Below are positions 28,272 to 38,106 of a DNA stretch of 64,000 bases, in pieces. The number at the start of each line of letters is the position of its first letter. The stretch's first letter is position 1. A program made the translations under genes and the position numbers. The notes under the pieces are model-generated. The model made no database searches and was not told the DNA's origin. It was given only the letters and a program-made list of their open reading frames with translations. This DNA comes from an uncultured Pelagibacteraceae bacterium (GTDB taxonomy: Bacteria; Pseudomonadota; Alphaproteobacteria; Pelagibacterales; Pelagibacteraceae): the NCBI GenBank assembly GCA_902598125.1, contig CACKAJ010000002.1:105545-169544 (forward strand), given 5' to 3'.

Positions 28272-28880
28272 ATGAAAGTTTTAAGTCCCTTCGGTCCTAA
28301 AATTGCAAGTCTAAAACTATCAGGAAGTTCAATAAGAAAAATAAATATTGAAGTTGATAAAATAATCTCAAAAAAAAATTTATTAAAAAAATTAGATTAT
28401 TCAAATAAATTAGTTGGACAAGTGAAGCAAGAGTTTCAATTACCAAAAATTTTTATTAAAAAAAATTTAGAAAAAATTTTGTATAAAGCAGTTAAAGAAT
28501 ACATTTATAAAAGTTTAGGAAAAAAAATATCTAAAATTAAAATAAAAAATTTTTGGATAGTACGACAATTTAATGACGAATATAATCCTGTTCATTTTCA
28601 TGATGGTCATGTTTCGGGAGTTGGTTACTTAAAGATACCTAAATTTGTTTCTAAAAATAAAAAACACACACAAACTGATGGCTCAATAGACTTTATTAAT
28701 GGGAATAAAATGTTTTTAAGTGAATGCATTTTTAATCATCAACCAAAAGTAGGTGATATGATATTGTTCCCTCATTATTTAATGCATACTGCTTATCCAT
28801 TTAAAACTAAAGGTGAGAGAAGATCTTTTTCTTTTAATTTAGAAATTGATAAAAAAATCGCAAATGTATTTAGCAAATGA
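28272..28880 (+). CDS. Putative 2OG-Fe(II) oxygenase
   Basis: EYNPVHFH, SGVGYL, ILFPHYLMH..YP, ERRSFSFN. Confidence 0.8.
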   Translation: MKVLSPFGPKIASLKLSGSSIRKINIEVDKIISKKNLLKKLDYSNKLVGQVKQEFQLPKIFIKKNLEKILYKAVKEYIYKSLGKKISKIKIKNFWIVRQFNDEYNPVHFHDGHVSGVGYLKIPKFVSKNKKHTQTDGSIDFINGNKMFLSECIFNHQPKVGDMILFPHYLMHTAYPFKTKGERRSFSFNLEIDKKIANVFSK

Positions 28881-29254
28881 GTGAAAAGAGACAAAAAAAC
28901 GTTTTTGGAGAACCTCTTGAACCATGTTCAAATGACCCTTTAACTGGTTGGTTTAGAGATGGATGTTGCAATACAGATAAAAACGATCGTGGGGTACATA
29001 CTGTTTGTGCAAAAGTAACGGATGAATTTTTACAATGGTCTAAAAAAGTTGGAAATGACTTAATTACACCTCACCCTGAATTTGGATTTCCAGGTTTAAA
29101 AGATGGGGACTCTTGGTGTGTGTGTGCTACATGGTACGCGAGAGCTATTGAAGAAGGAGCTGCGTGTCAAGTATACTTAAAAAAAACTAATGTTAAAACA
29201 TTAGATCTTATTCCGATTGAAAAATTAAAGAAATTTGCTTTAGACTTATCTTAA
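28877..29254 (+). CDS. DUF2237 family protein
   Basis: NVFGEPLEPCS.DPLTGWFRDGCC, GNDLITP, PGLKDGDSWCVC. Confidence 0.9.
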   Translation: MSEKRQKNVFGEPLEPCSNDPLTGWFRDGCCNTDKNDRGVHTVCAKVTDEFLQWSKKVGNDLITPHPEFGFPGLKDGDSWCVCATWYARAIEEGAACQVYLKKTNVKTLDLIPIEKLKKFALDLS

Positions 29255-29736
29255 TAAATTTTAACGCCTTTATTTTTAATAATCAACTGAAGCTCATTAT
29301 ACTCATCGCAATTACAATTTTTTAGAACTGTTAATCTTTCGTTAGCTTTATCTAATTGATTTGTCTGGACGTAAAGTTCGCCTAAATATTCATTAATACC
29401 ATTGTGATTTGGTTTAATTTTTAAACCCTCTAAGTAAAATTTTTCGGCTTGGTCAAAATTTCCAACTTTTCTAGTTGTGAATCCCATATAATTTAAAATA
29501 TCCGGATTTTTTTTATCTGATTTATAAGCCTTTTCTAATTTAGAGAAAGCTTGTGCATAGAGTTTTTTAGCTTTGTCAGATTTATCTTTTTTCTCTAGCT
29601 TACCAGCACGCTTAACTAATTTAACAGCATCTTCATACAAAGATTCTTTTGAAGAGTCGCTGCTACTATCGCTACCAGCAGCCATTAGGTGAGTGCTTAA
29701 AAATAAAGTAATAAATAGAATTGCAATTTTTTTCAT
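29251..29736 (-). CDS. Exported tetratricopeptide-repeat protein
   Basis: Signal peptide; NYMGF..RK.G, P.H.G.NEYLGELY. Confidence 0.8.
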   Translation of the reverse strand: MKKIAILFITLFLSTHLMAAGSDSSSDSSKESLYEDAVKLVKRAGKLEKKDKSDKAKKLYAQAFSKLEKAYKSDKKNPDILNYMGFTTRKVGNFDQAEKFYLEGLKIKPNHNGINEYLGELYVQTNQLDKANERLTVLKNCNCDEYNELQLIIKNKGVKIY

Positions 29737-29768
29737 ATTAAGTGTTTAAGCATTTTTTACTTTAATTG

Positions 29769-30479
29769 TTATGCGACAGATGATCTTCCTCCATCTACGC
29801 CAAATATTTGTCCTGTTATCCAAGAACTTTCATCTGTAAGGAGAAACTTAGCAACAGATGCGGAGTCACCTCCTTCTCCAATTCTTTTTAGCGGATGCAT
29901 TTTAGCAATACTCTCAGCCATCTTCTCATTTTTGAGTAAAAAATTTGATATTTTTGAATTAGTCAAACTTGGAGCAATACAATTTACTCTAATGTTTGGG
30001 GCATATTCAGCGGCGAGAGCTAAAGTTAATCCTTCGACTGCTCCTTTCGCAGATGAAACTATAGCATGGTTAGGAAAACCTTGTTGTACAGCCACTGTTG
30101 AGAATAAAACAACCGACCCTTTGCTTGCCTTTAAATTATCAGCTAAAGATTTAATTATTTCAGTTGCAGAAACTAAATTTAGATTAAATGACTGCATAAA
30201 ATCACTTTTCTTAGTGAGCTTCAAAGGTTTAAGATCTATAGATCCAACACAATAAGCTAAACCGTTCACCTGCTCGTCTTTAAGATCATTAATTATTTTT
30301 TCAGAGAAATTTTCTTCTAAAACATCACAAGTTGAAAACGTAGAATTAAGTTTGTTTGCTAACTCAGATAAACTAGCTTCGTCTCTCCCTACCAAATGTA
30401 CTTGTTCTCCTGAATCTACAAGCTTTTTTGCAAGTGATGATCCGATTGATCCGGTTGCACCTAATATTACTTTTTTCAT
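29769..30479 (-). CDS. Short-chain dehydrogenase/reductase (atypical)
   Basis: GATGSIG, IRVNCIAPS, WITGQ..GVDGG; start moved to MKKVILG. Confidence 0.88.
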   Translation of the reverse strand: MKKVILGATGSIGSSLAKKLVDSGEQVHLVGRDEASLSELANKLNSTFSTCDVLEENFSEKIINDLKDEQVNGLAYCVGSIDLKPLKLTKKSDFMQSFNLNLVSATEIIKSLADNLKASKGSVVLFSTVAVQQGFPNHAIVSSAKGAVEGLTLALAAEYAPNIRVNCIAPSLTNSKISNFLLKNEKMAESIAKMHPLKRIGEGGDSASVAKFLLTDESSWITGQIFGVDGGRSSVA

Positions 30480-30563
30480 AATTAAAAATAACATTATTAA
30501 AGGTTATTTACATGCAAATAATGACGCGTGTAATATCTTAATAAAATATGTACTTTATTACTT

Positions 30564-32045
30564 ATGAAGCTTTTTATTATTTTAGGAAATCAATTATTTA
30601 ACCCAAAATATCTATCTGATTATAAAGATCACATTTTTTTTATGGCAGAGGACTATGGTTTATGTACTTTTGAAAAACATCATAAATTGAAAATTCTTCT
30701 TTTTTTGTCTTCAATGAGATCTTTCAAAGATGAACTAAAATCAAAAAATTTTAATTTAATTTATAAAGATATAAATAAAGATTTTAAATTATCCTACGAA
30801 AAAAAATTAGAAAAGACTATTAAAGAAAAAAAGATAAGAGAAATTACCTTTTTTGAAATTGAGGATAAATTTTTTGAAAAAAGAATATTAAATTTAGGAA
30901 AAAAAAATTCACTTAAGATCAACCAGGTTAAATCTCCAATGTTCTTAATGGAAAGACGGGAATTTAAGGACTACCTTTCTAAAAATAAACGACCTTTCAT
31001 GGCAAATTTTTATAAAATTGTAAGAACAAAAATGAATTTATTGATGAATAAAAACGGGACCCCGAAAGGAAATAAATGGAGTTTTGATGAGGACAATAGA
31101 AAAAAACTTCCGAATGATATTAAAGTTCCTGTAATTTCTAAAACAAAAGAGACAAAGGAAACTGTCACTCTTAAAAAATTCATAAATTCTAATTTTAAAG
31201 ACCATCCTGGGAATACTGATAAATTTTGGTTTCCTACAACAAGGAGAGATGCAAACAAGTGGTTAGACGAATTTTTAAAAGAAAGAATAAAACTTTTTGG
31301 AGATTATGAGGATGCAGTAACAGACAAATCTAATACTGTTTTTCATAGTGCATTAAGTCCACTTATAAACTTAGGTTTAATAGTTCCTGAAGAGATAATA
31401 GAGAAATTAAGGAAAATTGAAAATAAAGTACCTATGAATTCTTTAGAAGGTTACATTAGACAGATTATAGGCTGGAGAGAATTTATGAGAGGAATTTATC
31501 AAAACTACGATCAACGATTAGATAAGACTAATTTTTTTAATCATAAGAGAAAAATGAAAAAATCCTGGTATGACGGAAGTACTGGTTTAGATCCGTTAGA
31601 TCATGCAATCAATAATGCTAAAAACTACGGATGGTCCCATCATATCGAAAGACTAATGATATTGGCTAACATAATGAATCTTTGTGAAATAAATCCTAAA
31701 CAAGTTTACAAATGGTTTATGGAAATGTTTGTAGATTCATCAGACTGGGTAATGGCACCGAATGTTTATGGAATGGGATTATTTAGTGATGGTGGAATAT
31801 TTGCGACTAAACCATACATTTGTGGATCTAGTTATTTTCTTAAAATGATGCATTTCAAAAAAGGTCCTTGGTGTGATGTAATGGACGGATTATATTGGAA
31901 GTTTATAGATAGACATAAGAAATTTTTCTTAAAAAATCCTCGTCTTGCAATGATGGTTAGAGTTTCTGAAAAAATGAATAAAGAAAGAAAAACAAGAATT
32001 TTTAAAGCCGCCAATAATTTTATAAAAGAAAATACTAATGGTTAA
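30564..32045 (+). CDS. Prokaryotic (6-4) photolyase family (PhrB/CryB-related)
   Basis: ILGNQL, HKLKI..F...MR, GNKWSFDEDNRK, FGDYEDA, RQIIGWREF, HHIERLM, PNVYGM, ATKPY. Confidence 0.92.
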   Translation: MKLFIILGNQLFNPKYLSDYKDHIFFMAEDYGLCTFEKHHKLKILLFLSSMRSFKDELKSKNFNLIYKDINKDFKLSYEKKLEKTIKEKKIREITFFEIEDKFFEKRILNLGKKNSLKINQVKSPMFLMERREFKDYLSKNKRPFMANFYKIVRTKMNLLMNKNGTPKGNKWSFDEDNRKKLPNDIKVPVISKTKETKETVTLKKFINSNFKDHPGNTDKFWFPTTRRDANKWLDEFLKERIKLFGDYEDAVTDKSNTVFHSALSPLINLGLIVPEEIIEKLRKIENKVPMNSLEGYIRQIIGWREFMRGIYQNYDQRLDKTNFFNHKRKMKKSWYDGSTGLDPLDHAINNAKNYGWSHHIERLMILANIMNLCEINPKQVYKWFMEMFVDSSDWVMAPNVYGMGLFSDGGIFATKPYICGSSYFLKMMHFKKGPWCDVMDGLYWKFIDRHKKFFLKNPRLAMMVRVSEKMNKERKTRIFKAANNFIKENTNG

Positions 32046-32397
32046 AGTTTTTTTTAACAATTCATGTAATATTTGTAGAGCCGAAATCAATCATTACAAA
32101 AAACATAGTGATAACAGTGTAGAATGGATAGATGTAACTAATAATGAAGAAGCTCAGAAAGTTACCTCAAAATCATATAAAGAACTTTTAAGAAGAATGC
32201 ATGTTATACAAGACGGTAGAGTAATTGATGGTGCAGAGTCTTTTTTAATAATTTGGAAAAACGTTCCTAAATATAATTTTTTATATAGAATATTTAAAAT
32301 TAAGCCTCTATTTTTCATATTAAATATTTTCTATGAGATTGCAGCTTATTTTCTATTTATAAAAAATAAACACCTTCTGAAAAATGAAAAAAGCTAA
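32038..32397 (+). CDS. DUF393 / DCC thiol-disulfide oxidoreductase family
   Basis: N-terminal [19 protein letters not shown]. Confidence 0.8.
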   Translation: MVKVFFNNSCNICRAEINHYKKHSDNSVEWIDVTNNEEAQKVTSKSYKELLRRMHVIQDGRVIDGAESFLIIWKNVPKYNFLYRIFKIKPLFFILNIFYEIAAYFLFIKNKHLLKNEKS

Positions 32398-32509
32398 TTT
32401 GCCCAAAAAAACTTGCCCAGTTTGTAATAAACCTTTTACTTGGAGAAAAAAATGGAGGCTTAATTGGGACAAAGTAAAATATTGTTCAAAGAGGTGCTCC
32501 TCTAAATAA
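32384..32509 (+). CDS. DUF2256 small Cys-rich protein (41 aa)
   Basis: [41 protein letters not shown], read manually. Confidence 0.88.
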   Translation: MKKANLPKKTCPVCNKPFTWRKKWRLNWDKVKYCSKRCSSK

Positions 32510-32510
32510 A

Positions 32511-33647
32511 TTATTGTAAATTAAAATTAGTCAAAATTTTAGGAATATTGTTTTTAAAATTAAAAAATCCTTTGTTAGAAAACTGCCAAGAAAATTTATC
32601 TTCCTCACTCAAAATGAAGTTTAATTCTAAATTTCGCTTTTTTCTTATAGAATTTAAAAAAGAAAAATTCTCTCCAATGCATGGGTGGACAACATCAAAT
32701 GAGTTAATTTCATCTGCAAGAGTTTGAAATTTTACCTCATCTATGATTTGTAAATCCTCAAATCTTTTTTTTTGGTCATTAATTATTTCTGATTTATAGT
32801 CTAGGACCTTTTGTCCAAGCTTTATTCTTCGAGCATCATTATTCAATAAAACTAAGTAAATATTTTTATATTTTTTTAAATTTTTATTTTCTAAATTTAA
32901 TTCGTTCTCAAATAGTAATAAATTTTCATTTGAATTATCTTCTGTAATAAAATTAAGTGGATTTAATTTATATTCTCTTTTGTCTGTTACAGGTAAAGCG
33001 TTTTCATTTAGTTTAACATTTTTATATTTATTATTTGTGAACTTGCTTATATTCCATGACTGAGCAACGTAGTGTTTACCTTTGGTTTGCAAGCCTGCTA
33101 CCCATCTCCAACTTAAAGTATTAGAGGCGGCATCACCATCATATAAGTGTTTCATAAAAAACTCTGCACCTTTCTGCCAAGGTAAATTTAAAGAAAATAT
33201 CCAAATGCTAGCAAACCACATTCTTGTATGATTGTGTAAATAATTATTTTCTTTAAGCTCTTTTGCCCAATCATTAAAACATTCAATTTGAGTTTCGCCA
33301 TTGATTGCCTTTTTATAATTGTCATCTTCCTTTAATCCTTTTAAATCTTCTATAAAGTCAGTCCAAACTTGAGGTCTAAGTTCTAACCAACCTTTCCAAT
33401 AAACTCTCCAAAATATTTCTTGGATATATTTTTCAACTTTTTGATATGGAAACTTTGCTAAAACTGTCTTTGCGACTTCATATTCAGTAATTAATCTATG
33501 AGAGATATAAGGTGATAAGCAAGATACATTTGATTTGTCTTTTGGCCCTAAATCAAAATTTCTTTTGAAACTATAATTTGCTAATTCACTGTTTATAAAA
33601 GCATCGAGCTGTTTTAAAGCTCCGTCTCTCGAAATTTCGAATTTCAT
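32511..33647 (-). CDS. DNA photolyase with N-terminal FAD-binding domain (NewPHL-like)
   Basis: VSCLSPYI, EKYIQEIFWRVYWKGWLE, YLHNHTRMWFAS, DGDAASNTLSWRWVAG in the N-terminal half. Confidence 0.88.
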   Translation of the reverse strand: MKFEISRDGALKQLDAFINSELANYSFKRNFDLGPKDKSNVSCLSPYISHRLITEYEVAKTVLAKFPYQKVEKYIQEIFWRVYWKGWLELRPQVWTDFIEDLKGLKEDDNYKKAINGETQIECFNDWAKELKENNYLHNHTRMWFASIWIFSLNLPWQKGAEFFMKHLYDGDAASNTLSWRWVAGLQTKGKHYVAQSWNISKFTNNKYKNVKLNENALPVTDKREYKLNPLNFITEDNSNENLLLFENELNLENKNLKKYKNIYLVLLNNDARRIKLGQKVLDYKSEIINDQKKRFEDLQIIDEVKFQTLADEINSFDVVHPCIGENFSFLNSIRKKRNLELNFILSEEDKFSWQFSNKGFFNFKNNIPKILTNFNLQ

Positions 33648-33847
33648 TAATCTTCGTCATCCCTCCAACCGTCAATAAATAACTTCCAACAAGCGAACGA
33701 AACACAAATGATGCCGACGCTAAACCCTAAAAGAACCCCATTATCTTTTCCTAAAAAAATTGTTCCATAATGCGTGCTGAGTATTGGTGGTAAAACTAAT
33801 ATAGCTCCTATTATAAAATATCTAACTACAAAAGGTGGTTTTTTCAT
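33647..33847 (-). CDS. Small membrane protein (66 aa)
   Basis: Start moved to MKKPPFVVRY; two TM segments; TAATG-coupled on both sides. Confidence 0.7.
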   Translation of the reverse strand: MKKPPFVVRYFIIGAILVLPPILSTHYGTIFLGKDNGVLLGFSVGIICVSFACWKLFIDGWRDDED

Positions 33848-34302
33848 TAAATAGTATTTCCTTGATCCATCGGCATTGAAACCCCAGAAGTAAACCAACA
33901 ATCTTTACAATTTTTTTGAGAAGCTTTTTGAACATGCCATTCATAGAATAATAATTGTTTATCTTTTGCTAATATTTCAATTTTAAAAATATGTTTATTG
34001 GGAGTATTCATTATTAGATTAATTTTATGTGAAGAATGATTTAGCAATGATCTATACTGTGCTCCATAAATCATAATTCTAAATCGTTCGTATGGTCCCG
34101 TGATTTTTTTATTATCAGGATGGGCAAATAACCAAGTTTGTTTTATACCATCATCATCTTTATTATTATTTTTAAGTGCCTCTAATTGTATTTTGACAAC
34201 ATCGTAAGGCAATAATTTTTTATTTGGGGCGATAGTCTCTCCATTAAGTTCACTACTAAATAAAATTATAATTATAAAAAAGTATATTTTTTTTAATTCC
34301 AT
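33847..34302 (-). CDS. Exported hypothetical protein (DUF4864-like)
   Basis: P.DVVKIQLEAL, FAHP.NK..TGP..RF..M, CWFT; start uncertain. Confidence 0.65.
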   Translation of the reverse strand: MELKKIYFFIIIILFSSELNGETIAPNKKLLPYDVVKIQLEALKNNNKDDDGIKQTWLFAHPDNKKITGPYERFRIMIYGAQYRSLLNHSSHKINLIMNTPNKHIFKIEILAKDKQLLFYEWHVQKASQKNCKDCWFTSGVSMPMDQGNTI

Positions 34303-34862
34303 ATTTTCTTTAAAATTTCCTCTCTTTGACAACCTTTTTTATACATTAAATATCTAACAAAATTTTTCTCGTAGTAATCTTGATGGTAAGTTTCTGCTTT
34401 GTAGAATTTTTCAAATTTCCAAACTAAAGTTACTATTTTCTTATTAAATTTATTTTGTAATTGTTTAAAAGATTTATCAATCATTTTTTTTTGCTCTAGG
34501 TCTTCAAAAAAAATTACTGACCTATAGCTTTTACCTTTGTCACAAAACTGTCCATTAGCATCAAAGGGATCTATATTTTCCCAATACACATTTAGTAGCT
34601 CTTCGTAATTAATAATGTTTGGATCATAAGTAATTTCTACTGCCTCAACATGACCTGAGTCAGTATAAATAACATCGGCATATTTTGGATTCTTTAAATG
34701 TCCACCTGAATAACCTGAAATTGTTGAAATTACTCCCTTAACTTGGTCAAATGACTCTTCCATGCACCAAAAGCAACCGCCTGCAAAATAAACTTTTTTA
34801 TTTTCTACAGCATTTAAATTAAAATGGAATAAAAACATCAAAATTATTAAAACTTTTTTCAT
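34293..34862 (-). CDS. msrA: Peptide methionine sulfoxide reductase A with signal peptide
   Basis: FAGGCFWCME, SGYSGG, GHVEAV, GQFCDKG.SY, AETYHQDYY. Confidence 0.95.
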   Translation of the reverse strand: MKKVLIILMFLFHFNLNAVENKKVYFAGGCFWCMEESFDQVKGVISTISGYSGGHLKNPKYADVIYTDSGHVEAVEITYDPNIINYEELLNVYWENIDPFDANGQFCDKGKSYRSVIFFEDLEQKKMIDKSFKQLQNKFNKKIVTLVWKFEKFYKAETYHQDYYEKNFVRYLMYKKGCQREEILKKIWN

Positions 34863-34885
34863 GAAATTATGATATCTTAAATAAA

Positions 34886-35050
34886 ATGAAAAACGATGAC
34901 CATATTGTCTTACAAGATAACAAGGGAAAAACAGACAATTTCTGTGAACAATGTAAAAAAGAGGATGAAAGTGTTAAGCAAAACTTAATTATGCATGGTT
35001 ACAAGATTTGTAAAAGTTGTAATTTAGCAAAAACAATATTTCCGATTTAA
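34886..35050 (+). CDS. 54-aa CxxC...CxxC microprotein
   Basis: MKNDDHIVLQDNKGKTDNFCEQCKKEDESVKQNLIMHGYKICKSCNLAKTIFPI*; fills the msrA-YIP1 gap. Confidence 0.7.
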   Translation: MKNDDHIVLQDNKGKTDNFCEQCKKEDESVKQNLIMHGYKICKSCNLAKTIFPI

Positions 35051-35568
35051 ATCCCTTTGAATAAAACTATCACCAATAATAAGAAAAAAGCTTGAAATAA
35101 CCAGGAAACTACAACGACTCCAAAAGCTTTCCAAAGACTGTCGTAATCTAAAGCTGCTTTTACTGCTACAACCATGCAAGCAAGCATCCAAAAAGCAGAA
35201 CCAATAAATGTAACTGTCATTAATTCTGGTGTAATACCAAACACTCTTATTAAACCTGGTGCACTTGAAAAGCCTATCGTTCTTAAAAGTTCTCCGTGAT
35301 TACTTTTTGTTTTAGATCCCCCAAAAAGTTTTACTCCAACAAAATAAATTACATACGCCCATACATACCAACTTAATAATGAAAGTGCTGGTGCTATAAG
35401 AAAATTAGAAGCTCCTAAATGAATTGAACCAACACCTGCGGCCAAACTAGATAAGACTACTACAGCACCTGCTTGAAAGGTTGCTTTTTTATCCTTTTCA
35501 ACTTCTTCAAACAATTCAATATCAATTTTAATTGCTCTAAATATTCTATTTAAAAATATATTTATCAT
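35047..35568 (-). CDS. YIP1-family membrane protein
   Basis: FEEVE.D, ELLRTIGFSSAPG, AVKAALDY. Confidence 0.75.
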   Translation of the reverse strand: MINIFLNRIFRAIKIDIELFEEVEKDKKATFQAGAVVVLSSLAAGVGSIHLGASNFLIAPALSLLSWYVWAYVIYFVGVKLFGGSKTKSNHGELLRTIGFSSAPGLIRVFGITPELMTVTFIGSAFWMLACMVVAVKAALDYDSLWKAFGVVVVSWLFQAFFLLLVIVLFKGI

Positions 35569-36365
35569 TCTATTTTTTTAGTAAATGGCTTTAATAAATT
35601 TAAAATCTTATTATGCAAAATTTTATTAGATGTTGCTAGAATATTTCCACCATTTTCTGCTGGCTCATTCTTCCAATTTGTTACTATTGCTCCAGAATTT
35701 TTTATTATTGGTATCAAAGGGAGTATGTCATAAGGTTTTAAATTTGCTTCAATTACGGCATCAACTTTTCCTTCAGCTAACAGGCAATAATTAAGTGCAT
35801 CAAACCCAGCTAATCTAAAAGACCAACCAAATTTTTTAATTACTTTACGTTGTTTTTCATAACTTAATGTTCCATGAAAATTTCCAATTATCTTAATTGT
35901 TTTTAAATTATTTTTATTTGATGATTTTAAAATAAATTTTTTTTTGTTTTTATAACAATAAGATTTTTTTTTATCATTAATGTAATATTTATCTAGCTCT
36001 GGAAAATTAGCTAAGCCTATCAAAGATCTTTCTTCGTACGATAAACTTATTAAATTTGACCATGTTGGTGCTCCTATAACAAAAGCTCTTGTGCCATCTA
36101 TTGGGTCAATAGACCATTTATAATTATTTGATGAGAATTTATCTTCAAATTCCTCTCCGATAATAGAGTCCTTTGGAAACTTTTTATTTATTAGTGAGCG
36201 TATATATTTTTCAAATGCTCTATCAAAATTAGTTACAGGATCAAAATCTTTTTTTGACTGTGATTTGTTGCTTACTACTAAACCAGACTTAGATTTTGTT
36301 TTATAAAATAAGTTCAACTTAGGTGGTAATTTTTTAAGAAAGTTGAATGGTTTGTTATAATCCAT
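35565..36365 (-). CDS. Inositol monophosphatase family, probable histidinol-phosphatase (HisN-like)
   Basis: FDPVT..D, IIGEE, WSIDPIDGTRAF, LKPYDILPL; start moved to MDYNK. Confidence 0.8.
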   Translation of the reverse strand: MDYNKPFNFLKKLPPKLNLFYKTKSKSGLVVSNKSQSKKDFDPVTNFDRAFEKYIRSLINKKFPKDSIIGEEFEDKFSSNNYKWSIDPIDGTRAFVIGAPTWSNLISLSYEERSLIGLANFPELDKYYINDKKKSYCYKNKKKFILKSSNKNNLKTIKIIGNFHGTLSYEKQRKVIKKFGWSFRLAGFDALNYCLLAEGKVDAVIEANLKPYDILPLIPIIKNSGAIVTNWKNEPAENGGNILATSNKILHNKILNLLKPFTKKIE

Positions 36366-36400
36366 TATGTGTATATAGCTTAATTTAAATAAAAATATAT

Positions 36401-36871
36401 ATGAAAATACCAAAAAAAATAGAACCCTTGCTCGCAGGACTATTTGCTTCAATTATTATTGGAATTCTTTCTTTCCTTAGCTTCGAAACATCCACAGGTT
36501 TTTGGTTAATGTTTTCTTTTGGATCGTCTACTTTAATTGTATTAGTGTTTCATGATAGTGAATTTGCTCAACCTGCAAATGTTTTTTTTGGTCACTTATT
36601 AGCAATCGTTATAGGAATTCTTTTTAATGAATTTTTAGGAATGTCTTACTTAACGCTTGGACTATCTGTAGGGACTACTGTAACATTAATGATGTATTTT
36701 AAAATTATACACCCTCCTGCAGCCGCAAACCCATTAATAGCATTATTTGCTGATGTTTCACTGAGTTATATTATTTTTCCTGTAATAGTTGGTTCATTAG
36801 TCATCATTGTTTTATCTGTAATAATAAATCGATATCTCCTAAAAAGAAATTACCCAGTTAGATGGTTTTAG
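36401..36871 (+). CDS. HPP family membrane protein
   Basis: SFGSS, AQP.NV..GH, HPPAAANP. Confidence 0.9.
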   Translation: MKIPKKIEPLLAGLFASIIIGILSFLSFETSTGFWLMFSFGSSTLIVLVFHDSEFAQPANVFFGHLLAIVIGILFNEFLGMSYLTLGLSVGTTVTLMMYFKIIHPPAAANPLIALFADVSLSYIIFPVIVGSLVIIVLSVIINRYLLKRNYPVRWF

Positions 36872-37329
36872 TTTAATAGAAAAATTGAACTATTTAGAAT
36901 TATTGCATAGCTTGACCAGGCTAAATAAGGGATCATTAAATAAAAACTAATTTTATCCCTAGAAAAATACTCTTTCATTAAAATTATAATAAATATTAAT
37001 ATAATTACTATGTTTACCAAAGCTATACCAATTAAGTGAAAACCAAAAAATACTACGCTCCATGTACTATTAAAAAATAAATGAATAAAGTAAATTTTTA
37101 ATAGTTTCGTATCAAAAGATTTTATCCAAACTTTCCAAATTGCAAATGACATTAAAAAATATAATGTTGACCATACAGGAGCAAAAACCCAGCTTGGAGG
37201 ATTAAAACTCGGTAAAATGATTTGTGAGTACCATGGTTCTTTAAAAGTTGTTGTTGCATAACTGCCAATCATCGGTGCTATAAATGTTATTAAAAGTATA
37301 ATAAGTAAAGATAAGTATTTATTTTTCAT
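36868..37329 (-). CDS. tspO: TspO/MBR tryptophan-rich sensory protein
   Basis: WY....PSFNPPSWVFAPVW, N.TWS..FFG, PYLAW. Confidence 0.92.
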   Translation of the reverse strand: MKNKYLSLLIILLITFIAPMIGSYATTTFKEPWYSQIILPSFNPPSWVFAPVWSTLYFLMSFAIWKVWIKSFDTKLLKIYFIHLFFNSTWSVVFFGFHLIGIALVNIVIILIFIIILMKEYFSRDKISFYLMIPYLAWSSYAIILNSSIFLLN

Positions 37330-37353
37330 AACTTTATAAGATATAACTAATTT

Positions 37354-38106
37354 ATGTCAGAAAATCAGAAAAATATTTGGGTTACTGGAGCAAGCAGTGG
37401 TATTGGTAGAGCAGTTGCTGAAAAATTTGCAAAGGAAGGTTGGAAAGTAGCAGTGTCTGCAAGAAGAGAAGAGATACTCAATGAAATGTCAAAAAATGAA
37501 AATATTTTTTCATTTCCTTTAGATGTAACCAACTTTGATAATTGTAAAAGCACATTTGATAAAATATTGAAAAAATTTGGAAATATAGATATTTGTTTTT
37601 TATGTAGTGGAACTTATGATCCTAAAAAAGAACAGGAAATTAATATTGAACAAAATAAATTTGTGATGAATGTAAATTATTTTGGTACTCTTAATTGTGT
37701 TAAGTCAGTTGAAGAATATTTTAAAAAAGAAAAAAAAGGTCATATCTCAATAGTATCTTCAATTGCAGGGTATAGAGGATTACCAAATTCGAGTGGTTAC
37801 GGGCCATCAAAGGCTGCTTTGACTAATTTTGCCGAAAGCATCTACTTTGACTTTAAAAAACACAATGTAAAAGTTTCAGTAGTATCGCCAGGTTTCATAA
37901 AAACTCCTTTAACAGACAAGAATGAATTTCCAATGCCTTTTTTAAGATCTCCAGAATTTGCTGCAAACAAAGTGTATGACGGGTTAGTTAAAACTAATTC
38001 TTTTGAGATAGATTTTCCAAAACAATTAACTTTTACTCTTAAATTTTTAAGAATTTTACCTTACAAGATCTATTTATTTTTAGTTGATAAATTAGTTAAG
38101 CGTTAA
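37354..38106 (+). CDS. Short-chain dehydrogenase/reductase
   Basis: TGASSGIG, YGPSKAA, PGFIKTPLTDKNEFPMPF. Confidence 0.9.
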   Translation: MSENQKNIWVTGASSGIGRAVAEKFAKEGWKVAVSARREEILNEMSKNENIFSFPLDVTNFDNCKSTFDKILKKFGNIDICFLCSGTYDPKKEQEINIEQNKFVMNVNYFGTLNCVKSVEEYFKKEKKGHISIVSSIAGYRGLPNSSGYGPSKAALTNFAESIYFDFKKHNVKVSVVSPGFIKTPLTDKNEFPMPFLRSPEFAANKVYDGLVKTNSFEIDFPKQLTFTLKFLRILPYKIYLFLVDKLVKR

